From positions 1 to 45,100 of the forward strand of contig MCFH01000111.1 of the NCBI GenBank assembly GCA_002104945.1: DNA of 45,100 bases, in the 5' to 3' direction. Numbering within the stretch: position 1 is the stretch's first letter; each line of letters starts with the position of its first letter. A program made the position numbers and the translations under genes. The notes under the pieces are model-generated. The model ran no database searches. It saw only the letters and a program-made list of their open reading frames with translations, and was not told the origin of the DNA. Below, in pieces: positions 23,586-34,486 of the stretch. This stretch comes from Piromyces finnis finn (lineage: Eukaryota; Fungi; Neocallimastigomycota).

Positions 23586-26500
23586 ATGAAAAACGCAGGT
23601 AAGTCGCCTAACCCTCGGGGTGTCCATAAATTGGACACAAAAACATCATTCGTAAGGGACGGGACCCGTCCTGACGCGGCGAGCGCGGATGGCATGGATG
23701 GTGTAGAGGGAATGTCACGGGTTCGAACCCCGGTGCTTCTCGAAAGCACTGAGGTCGAATCTAATCAGAATTTACAGGTTCAACAGGGGGATTCTATGCC
23801 CACCCCTGTTGATCCTTCTTTCTTTTTTACTAATAATAGTGAGGTAAACCCAATGCAACACATTGAAGTTCTTCTTAATAGATGGGTTTCGGAAATATCT
23901 AGCCAGTTTGCTAGTATGGGAAACCGTCTGGGTGCTATGGAAGAACAACTTCGGGGTATTGAGGTTTACAAGAGCGAGATAAACGATGCTCTTCAGCAAA
24001 AATTTGTTGAAGTGGATCAAAGGTTGGAAGCAAATGAGTCAGCTAGCCAAGTTAGCTTGGAAGAGCTGCATGCTGTGGAAAATGCCTTTACCGCAGAACA
24101 TGAGGAAAGGTTACAAGACCACCAGCAAGTGCTAAACAACCAAGAAACGTTGTACCGTCAATCTAGTGCCTTTGTCTCTTATAAAAAAGAGCTTGAAGAA
24201 GAGATGGCCAGATTGAGGGAGCAACGAAACGCTCTAGAAGAAAGAGAAAAATTGTTCGAGGCTAAAGTCGAAGCCATGAACAGAAGAGCTGAAGCCAGAG
24301 CTCATGAAAGAACATCCTATCAAACCGGTGGTATGGGTAATCCTCATGGTGCTGGAACTAGTAGCAGCACCAACCCTACGGAATATTCCGAGGATGGGGA
24401 CGTGAAGATGTTCGATTGGCGAGTACATAGGTATGAAGAAAAAGTGCCTATGTTTGATAATAATGGGATAGACTTAGAGGGTTTTCAAGAGAAGTGCTTA
24501 CGTCATTTCAAACGTTACCCATATGACTATGGTAACGACGAAAAGGCAAAGGTTAGCTTCATTGAAGATCATCTAGGTGGGAAAGTATTGAGATGGTATA
24601 GACTTAGAGAGAGGATGTTGCAGCGTAGGAATCCCGATGCTGAAAGACTATTCCTCCACCTTCAAGATAAGTTTCCACCAGAGTCTCCCCATGAACTCTG
24701 CAAGTCAAAGTTGCTTAAGCTCACACATGAGTGGGGAAAAGCATACGACTACTTGGAAGAGTTCAATGAATTGACGGAAACACTTGGGCTTCCTGAAAAT
24801 GTTAGGAGACAGGTGTTAATACAACAGGTCAGGCCTTCTGTCAGGGAAGCGTTCTATGATATCCCTGAACCGGAACGTACGCTGGAAACATTAAGTGAAG
24901 TCTTGCTAAAGTGCGATGACCACCAAGCAGTCTTCCGTAATGAAACCATAGAAAAGTACGACAAAAGAGACCGCCAGACCACTATTATGGCCTTGTTGGA
25001 TATCACAGACCCATGTAGACCATCTAGATGGGCTGAGTTAAAGCAGAAGAACAACAAGCCAAATAATAAGCCTAAAGTTGAGCAGACCAACACTCAGGCT
25101 TACGTAAAAAACAATAACGGTGCCAAAGAACGTCGTGAATCCTTAAATAAGTCAAGCTTTAGAAGAAGTTCTAGCTTCCAACCAAAGCAAGGACCTTCTA
25201 GTATGGGAAATAACCCATTACCTAAGGCTATGGCAAGTCAAACGACGGTCAATAACAGCTACTACAGTCAGAACCAACTAGTAGCTGAAATAAATGCAAG
25301 AAGCAACCCTCGAGATATAAAAAGGGTAGAAGTCTTGTATGATACTGGTTCCACTACAAACCTCATTCACCCAAATTTAGCAAAGAAGCTCGGGTTAAAG
25401 GTAGTGGACAAACCAGCCATATTCAGAACTGTGAATGGTGATATCGAGTTAAAGCAGTTCTCAGATGACTTGCAGTTGAAGTTATGGTTAACTCCATCTG
25501 GCGAACAAGAAGCTAAGCCATACTGCTTCAACACAAGTTGTCACCTATCCGACTACATGCCGGAGATAATCATTGTGGGACTGGGCTTCATGGATGAGCA
25601 CTTTATCTACAGAGGTTATGATAAAGATGCACAAGTGAGGTACTTCGTAGTAGATAATGATAAGGATAAAGAACACACCAACAGTTATGGTGTAAATGAC
25701 GGCGATATCTACTACTGTACTCAATTAAGTCCCATAACTACAGTTACTAATGCAAAAGCAAGAAGGCCTCTGGTAACTGTAACCGCAGAAAACATCGAAG
25801 CCGAAATCGTGTGTAATGGTAGCCACAAGGCTACAAAAGAAACCAGGGACGGAAGTTCCGGAGGGTTGGCATCGAGTTCCAACTTAGAGAAAACTTGTGT
25901 TTCAGTAGGGTTGGTACAAGAGTCAAACTTAGAGAAAAATCACATTTACGTAGGGTTGGTACAGGAAGAAAACTTAAACGAAAATCAACCTACACCTGAA
26001 GAAATCGTGGAGAAGTACTACCACAATTTCAAAGAAGCATTTAATGAAGAAATAGCTAACCAGCTACCAGAACACCGTCCTTACGACTGTAAGATCGACC
26101 TGGAGCCGGATGCTAGTCTTCATAAAGGGCCTATATATCCCTTCAATCCAGAAGAGGAAAAAGCACTGAAGGAATATATTGAGGAAAACCTGGCAAAGGG
26201 CTTCATCAGGAAATCAGAGAGTCCTGCAGGTTATCCTGTGTTATTCGTGCCCAAAAAGAGTGGTGAAAGACGATTATGTACTGATTATAGGCGTCTTAAT
26301 AAGGTAACAGTGCGTAACTCCTTCCCTTTACCACTCATCAGTCAAGTGTTTGAGGCTATGAAAGGCGCGACTATCTTCTCCAAGTTGGATTTGAAGTCTG
26401 CCTACAACCTCGTGCGTATTCGTGAAGGTGACGAATACAAGACGGCATTCTCAACCAAGTTTGGGCATTATGAATATCTAGTGATGCCATTTGGGTTGAC

Positions 26501-28992
26501 TAATGCTCCTGCCACGTTCCAAGGGTTCATTAATACGGTGCTGGCAGAAGAAATCAACGACTGCTGTCAAGTGTACTTGGATGATATCATCATCTACTCC
26601 AAGTCACTTGAAGAGCATGTAGGGCATGTAAAAAGAGTCCTACAAAAGCTAATAGATAATCGTCTAGTAGCTAAGTTAGCGAAGTGTGAGTTCCACAAGG
26701 AAGAACTTGCATTCCTGGGTCATGTAGTTGGAAAATATGGTATTAAAACCGACCCAGAAAAGTTAAAAGCTGTAGCAAGTTGGCCACAACCAACCAACAT
26801 TAAAGAACTACAGTCATTCCTCGGATTCTGCAACTATTATAGGAAGTTTATAAAGGACTTCTCTAAGATAGCAAGGCCGTTATATGCGATGACGTCCAAA
26901 AAGGTACAGTTCCTGTGGAATGAAGAACGCATCCAGGCGTTCGAGAAGTTAAAAGAAATGCTGTTGTCTCCACCAGTATTAGCATATCCTGACCATGACC
27001 GTCAGTTTATAGTGGAGTGCGACGCTAGTAACTACGCAGTGGGTGGTGTATTATCACAACTAGGCGATGACAATGAACTACACCCTGTGTATTACTATTC
27101 CAAGAAACTTACGAAAGCAGAAATCAACTACTCCATTACGGAAAAGGAGTTGTTGGCTATTAGGAATGCTTTCATCGAGTGGCGACACCTGTTAATGGGT
27201 GCGAAACATAAGGTCCTAGTATATAGTGACCATAGGAATCTCCTGTTCGCCACAAAACCACAGTTGTTGACAGCAAGACAGGCAAGATGGCAAGAGCTGT
27301 TTGCTGCATACAACTTCGAAATAATATATCGGCCAGGAAAAATGAATGGTAGAGCCGATATCCTATCAAGAATGGTATCTCCAGAACAGGTACAACTGGA
27401 GATGGAAAAAGCTAGCCTCCTTCGACCTGAACAGGTAAAAGAATTTCCACCCGTGGAAGAAGAGTGCTATGCGGTGTTAGAAGTAAGCTTTGTGGGAGAA
27501 CTGAAACAAGCTTACAACACGAATGAGCTTGCTAGGGAAATTAGAGATGGTCTTGACGCAAAAAGAGGCCACAAGCTCATCAAAAAGAAGTGGTTGATGG
27601 TTAATGGGTTGATTGTTAGAAAGGATGCACCAGAACGTACATATGTACCAAAGGTGTTAAGGGAAACAATCATAAAACTTAACCACGATAGTGAAACAGC
27701 AGGTCATTTGGGAAAAGATAAAACTTATGACCTGATAGCCAGAAACTACTACTGGCCAAAAATGAAGGATGACATTGCGGGATATATTAAAGCTTGTACC
27801 ATATGTTGTACCCAAAAGGACAACAGACACAAGCCGTACGGTAGCGCTGCTAGGGTAAAAGTTGCAGACTTACCTTGGCAAGAAGTAGAAATCGACTTCC
27901 TGACGGACCTACCTATTAAGGAACGTAGAAAACCAGGTAGTAGTCCCTCAGAACCCCCAGAAGTCACTAGAAGAGGTTGTATCATGGTTTGTAGCGATAA
28001 GTTAACCAAAATGATACACTTAGTGGGATTTAGGAGTATGCCTACTGCTAAAGAAACAGCCTTAGCATACTTACAACATGTATTCAAGTTACATGGTTGT
28101 CCCAAATCGGTTACTACGGATCGTGGTGTCCAGTTCACTAGTAAGTTGTGGAAGGACATTATGGGGTTCTTTGGCGTAGAAGTAAACCTTGCTACTACTG
28201 GCCATCATGAAACAGTTGGTCAGGTAGAACGCAATAACTCCTACGTAAGTATGTACCTTAGATGCTTTGTGAAGACCTTTGATGACGACGAATGGTTGAA
28301 AGTACTTGTACTTAGCTGAGTTCTGCTATAATAATGCAGTACACAGTTCTACTAAGCAGTCCCCATTCCTAGCCTTGTATAACTACCAGGTACATATGAA
28401 CCCTCAAGACTCAGAACTTGTCCACTCACTTGGTGAAGCTCCTATATTAGATAGCTTCGCTCACAACTTAGGTAACTTAAAGCACATGCTGGACATATCA
28501 AAGAACACGGTTCTTAGACCACTTGGACCATAGAAGAGAACTTAACTACCCTAAAATTAGGCTCCTGGATTTGGTGTGGTTAAGAAAACCAGAAAATTAC
28601 AACCCTCTTCCCTTCTACAAGCTACAAGCAAGAAAGTACGGTCCTTCAAGGTTATTAGAATTGATGAAACCAAGCTTAACTACCGGTTGGATATCAGCAA
28701 GTCACCTTTCCCCAATGTCTACCCAGTGTTTCATATCAGTGAACTTGAACCCTACCATAACAAACCTGAAGAACTAACACCTGCACCAGTGGGCTACCAG
28801 AAAATTATCAAAATCATGAATGCCAGAAGAAAGAAGGATAACTACCAATACTTAGCTACCTTTAGTGACTTTAGACAAGAGTGGGTTGATGCTGATATCA
28901 TTGACAAGAACTCCCACTATGATAAGCTACTCAAGGAATTTCAAGATAAATGCTACCAGGAATTCATGGTTAGTGTCCAAAACCCTGCCTAG
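23586..28992 (+). CDS. gag-pol: Single-frame Gag-PR-RT-RNase H-IN polyprotein of D1 (1577-aa open frame, then 3 apparent 1-nt shifts to about 1800 aa)
   Basis: PR YDTGS; RT LCTDYRRLN and YLDD; RH ECDASNYAVG; IN HHCC (HDSETAGH..CTIC), DFLTD/TDRG/VERNN; GPF and C-terminal domain in ORFs 28306-28533, 28523-28777, 28576-28992. Confidence 0.95.
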
Positions 28993-29012
28993 GTTTTCTC
29001 CTCAGGGGGCAT

Positions 29013-29252
29013 TGTAAGAAATATTTGTGGCCATAAGTTTGCCCACAAATATTTCAATTGAAACCATATATTCTGGTCACCATTTATTGGCCAAATATAT
29101 GCATAACCATATATTAATGGTTATTAATTAAATAGGAAGTCTATTTGCTTTACCCAATCAAGTGGTAAAGAAAATAAACTCATATAGTTAAATAGTATAG
29201 TCAAAACTAACGTTAAATACTTTAGCGTTAGTATTAAAGTAAATTAATAGCT
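29013..29252 (+). repeat. Partial 3' LTR of D1
   Basis: Matches 22791-23030; stops at the palindrome centre. Confidence 0.9.
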
Positions 29253-32200
29253 TTATAATAATAAAATTATAATATATAATATACTATATAATAATTAATA
29301 ATTAATTATTATTATAGCTATTAATTTACTTTTAATACTAACGCTAAAGTATTTAACGTTAGTTTTGACTATACTATTTAACTATTGAGTTTTTTTCTTT
29401 ACCACTTGATTGGGTAAAGCAAATACTTCCTATTTAATTAATAACCATTAATATATGGTTATGCATATATTTGGCCAATAAATGGTGACCAGAATATATG
29501 GTTTCAATTGAATATTTGTGGGAAACTTATGCCACAAATATTTCTTACAATGCCCCTAAGAGAAAACTAGGTGGGTTTTGGACATAACCATGAATTTCTG
29601 GTAGCATTTATCTTGAAATTCCTTGAGAGCTATCGTAGTGGGATTATTTCAATGATATCAGCATCAACCACTCTTGCTAAGTCATAAAAGGTACTAAGTA
29701 TTGGTAGTTATCCTCTTTCTTCTGGACATTCATGATTTTGATAATTTTCGGTAGCCCACTGTGCAAGTGTTAGTTCTTCAGTTTTTATATGGTTATGTTC
29801 AAGTTCACTTATATGAAACACGGGTAGACGATTGGGAAAGTTGACTTGCTGAATCCCGGTAGTTAACTTGCTTTCATCAATCCAATAACCTTGAAAGGAC
29901 GTACTTTCTCTTGTAGTTGTAGAAGGGAAAGTGTTTTAATTTTCTGGTTTTCTTAAACACACAAATCCATGAGCCTAATTTTAGGGTAGTTAATTCTCTT
30001 CTATGGTCCAAGTGGTCTAAAGAACCTGTTCTTGATATGTCCAGCATGTGCTTTAAGTTACCTAAGTTGTGAGCGAAAGCTATCTAATATAGGAGCTTCA
30101 CCAAGTGGAGTGGACAAGTTCTGAATCTTGAGGGTTCATATGTACCTGGTAGTTATACAAGGCTAGGAATGGGGAACTGCTTAGTAGAACTGTGCACTGC
30201 ATTATTTAACAGAACTCAGCTAAGTACAAGTACTTCAACCATTCGTCGTCATCAAAGGTCTTCACAAAGCATCTAAGGTACATACTTACGTAGGAAGTTG
30301 TTACGTTCTACCTGACCAACTGTTTCATGATGGCCAGTAGTAGCAAGGTTTACTTCTACGCCAAAGAACCCCATAATGTCCTTCCACAACTTACTAGTGA
30401 ACTGGACACCACGATCCGTAGTAACCGATTTGGGACAACCATGTAACTTGAATACATGTTGTAAGTATGGCTAAGGCTGTTTTCTTAGCAGTAGGCATAC
30501 TCCTAAATCCCACTAAGTGTATCATTTTGGTTAACTTATCGCTACAAACCATGATACAACCTCTTCTAGTGACTTCTGGGGGTTCTGAGGGACTACTACC
30601 TGGTTTTCTACGTTCCTTAATAGGTAGGTCCGTCAGGAAGTCAATTTCTACTTCTTGCCAAGGTAAGTCTGCAACTTTTACCCTAGCAGCGCTACCGTAC
30701 GGCTTGTGTCCTGTTGTCCTTTTGGGTACAACATATGGTACAAGCTTTAATATATCCCGCAATGTCATCTTCATTTTTGGCCAGTAGTAGTTTCTGGCTA
30801 TCAGGTCATAAGTTTTATCTTTCCCAATGACCTGCTGTTTCACTATCGTGGTTAAGTTTTATGATTGTTTCCCTTAACACCTTTGGTACATATGTACGTT
30901 CTGGTGCATCCTTTCTAACAATCAACCCATTAACCATCAACCACTTCTTTTTGATGAGCTTGTGGCCTCTTTTTGCGTCAAGACCATCTCTAATTTCCCT
31001 AGCAAGCTCATCCGTGTTGTAAGCTTGTTTCAGTTCTCCACAAAGCTTACTTCTAACACCGCATAGCACTCTTCTTCCACGGGTGGAAATTCTTTTACCT
31101 GTTCAGGTCGAAGGAGGCTAGCTTTTTCCATCTCCAGTTGTACCTGTTCTGGAGATACCATTCTTGATAGGATATCGGCTCTACCATTCATTTTTCCTGG
31201 CCGATATATTATTTCGAAGTTGTATGCAGCAAACAGCTCTTGCCATCTTGCCTGTCTTGCTGTCAACAACTGTGGTTTTGTGGCGAACAGGAGATTCCTA
31301 TGGTCACATATACTAGGACCTTATGTTTCGCACCCATTAACAGGTGTCGCCACTCGATGAAGCATTCCTAATAGCCAACAACTCCTTTTCCGTGATGGAG
31401 TAGTTGATTTCTGCTTTCGTAAGTTTCTTGGAATAGTAATACACAGGGTGTAGTTCATTGTCATCGCCTAGTTGTGATAATACACCACCCACTGCGTAGT
31501 TACTAGCGTCGCACTCCACTATAAACTGACGGTCATGGTCAGGATATGCTAATACTGGTGGAGGACAACAGCATTTCTTTTAACTTCTCGAACGCCTGAG
31601 ATGCGTTCTTCATTCCACAGGAACTGTACCTTTTTGGACGTCATAGCATATAACGGCCTTGCTATCTTAGAGAAGTCCTTTATAAACTTCCTATAATAGT
31701 TGCAGAATCCGAGGAATGACTGTAGTTCTTTGAGGTTGGTTGGTTGTGGCCAACTTGCTACAGCTTTTAACTTCTCTGGGTCGGTTTTAATACCATATTT
31801 TCCAACTACATGACCCAGGAATGCAAGTTCTTCCTTTGTGGAACTCACACTTCGCTAATTTAGCTACTAGACGATTATCTATTAGCTTTTGTAGGACCTT
31901 TTTTACTGCCCTACATGCTCTTCAAGTGACTTGGAGTAGATGATGATATCATCCAAGTACACTTGACAGCAGTCATTGATTCCTCTGCCAGCACCGTATT
32001 AATGAACCCTTGGAACGTGGCAGGAGCATTAGTCAACCCAAATGGCATCACTAGATATTCATAATGCCCAAACTTGGTTGAGAATGCCGTCTTGTATTCG
32101 TCACCTTCACGAATACGCACGAGTTGTAGGCAGACTTCAAATCCAACTTGGAGAAGATAGTCGCGCCTTTCATAGCCTCGAACACTTGAACTGATGAGTG

Positions 32201-33381
32201 GTAAGGGGAAGGAGTTACGCACTGTTACCTTATTAAGACGCCTATAATCAGTACATAATCGTCTTTCACCACTCTTTTTGGGCACGAATAACACAGGATA
32301 ACCTGCAGGACTCTCTGACTTCCTGATGAAGCCCTTTGCCAGGTTTTCCTCTATATATTCCTTCAATGCTTTTTCCTCTTCTGGATTGAAGGGATATATA
32401 GGCCCTTTATGGAGACTAGCATCCGGCTCCAGGTCGATCTTACAGTCGTAAGGACGGTGTTCTGGTAGCTGGTTAGCTATCTCTTCATTAAATGCTTCTT
32501 TGAAATTGTGGTAGTACTTCTCCACGATTTCTTCAGGTGTGGGTTGATTTTCGTTTAAGTTTTCTTCCTGTACCAACCCTACGTAAATGTGATTTTCTCT
32601 AAGTTCGACTCTTGTACCAACCCTAATGAAACACAAGTTTTCTCTAAGTTGGATTCAAATGTCAACCCTCCGGAATCACATTTTTTCTCTAAGTCAACAC
32701 TCTGTACCAACCCTACTGAAACGGGATTTTCTCTAGTCAGAACTCGTGTCAACCCTCGAACACATTTTTCTCTAAGTTAGCACTCTGTACCAACCTACTG
32801 AAACAGTTTTCTCTAAGTTGGAACTCGATGCCAACCTCCGGAACTTCCGTTTCTGGTTTCCTTTGTAGCCTTGTGGCTACCATTACCCACGATTTCGGCT
32901 TCTATGTTTTCCGCAGTTACAGTTACCAGAGGCCTTCTTGCTTTGCATTAGTAACTGTAGTTATGGACTTAATTGAGTACAGTAGTAGATATCGCCACCA
33001 TTTACACCATAAGTTGGTATGTCCTTTATCTTATCATTATCTACCACGAAGTACCTCACTTGTGCATCTTTATCATAACCTCTGTAGATAAAGTGCTCAT
33101 CCATGAAGCCCAGTCCCACAATGATCATCTCCGGCATGTTGTCGGATAGGTGACAACTTGTGTTGAAGCAGTATGGTTTAGGCTTCTTGTTCGCCAGATG
33201 GAGTTAACCATAACTTCAACTGCAAGTCATCTGAGAACTGCTTTAACTCGATATCTCCATTCACAGTTCTGAATATGGCTGGTTTGTCCACTACTTTTAA
33301 CCCGAGCTTCTTTGCCAAATTTGGGTGAATGAGGTTGTAGTGGAACCAGTATCATACAAGACTTCTACCCTTTTTAATATC

Positions 33382-33790
33382 TGTAACGAATCATAGAAAT
33401 TAGTAACCTGTCTTAGTGGTTAGTAACTAAGACCTTGGTTTGAACTACTCGAGTTCGAAACCTCATTAATATCTTTTTTTTAATTATTAAAATATTTTAT
33501 AACGAAATTTTACCAAAGAAGATAATTTCTGATTGGCTTAAAAAATTAAGTTGTAAAATTTTTATAAATTTACTTTTAAAAACATTTATATAAATACGAG
33601 TGAAATTTCTCAAAAAATTATTTGGAATTCGAGTTTTTATTAACAAAGAAATTTTATAATAAAAATAAAATTATTAAACACTAACCTGTTATAATTTTGT
33701 TAAGTGTTCAATAATAAAATTTTTATTTGCTTTTATTATTTTCCTTTTTATATATTTGTGTTTTTATTTATTGAACATTAGTTCTTTACA
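33382..33790 (+). repeat. 5' LTR of E
   Basis: Differs from the 3' LTR only in homopolymer or 1-nt indels as far as read. Confidence 0.95.
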
Positions 33791-33800
33791 ATAAAAACTC
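33791..33800 (+). promoter_or_regulatory. Self-priming PBS of E (ATAAAAACTC)
   Basis: Reverse complement of LTR nt 33631-33640 (GAGTTTTTAT); TATATAAA at 33587-33594 lies about 40 nt upstream of that site. Confidence 0.72.
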
Positions 33801-34486
33801 CTAAAATATATAATAACACCTTAGTGTTTAAAAAAGGAAGAATTTTTAATTTATTAAAAAATTAAGTAAGTCAGTGAAGCTTATTTTAACAATAAGGGTA
33901 CTGAAAACAAAAGTAAAACCCACAGTTATTATAAGGGGAGCGCCAGGACGCTTAATTTAATAATAAAGAAAAAATTCATTTTCTAATAAAACGTTTTCTA
34001 CTTTTAATAAATAAAATTAAATTTTATTTATTATTTTTGAAAAAATATTAAAATAACAAAGAAGTTAGGATTCAATACCTCCCTTAGCGTGGATAGTTGG
34101 ACACCTATACGTAATACTTTGTTGTTTAGATATTATTAATAATCGGGGAATTAAACCTATTTTTTTCTTTCCGCTTAATTAAGTGACAATAAAGAAACTA
34201 ATACCGTTAATTCCTTTTATTGAAAATTTTCATTTCCAATATTAACAATTGATAATATCTACGTTATCAACAAAGAGCTACAAGGGACCTAGTATTGAAT
34301 ACTAATAAAATTAAATATTTGATGGTCCAATACTATTTAATTTGACTCTTTGTCTATATTTAAAATATTTTAATCAATAAATAATAATAAAGATTTAATT
34401 TTTTTTTCTTTCTTAATTTCTTCAAACATAACTTTATCTTATTTACATAATTTTTATTTTCAAACAATTATATTTTTTTAATTTTA

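Larger units (their letters stand above)
22791..29252 (+). mobile_element. Ty3/gypsy (Tf1/sushi-like) retrotransposon family D, copy D1; 3' LTR truncated
   Basis: 5' LTR 22791-23284 (TG..CA), PBS, gag-pol, PPT AGGGGGCAT, 3' LTR 29013-29252 matching the 5' LTR with one substitution seen. Confidence 0.95.

Noticed and set aside
29253-33381. D2 as a pure mirror-image read of D1
   Set aside because: D2 carries extra 45-nt units, the E insertion with TSD and substitutions, so it is a separate copy; only the junction remains suspect
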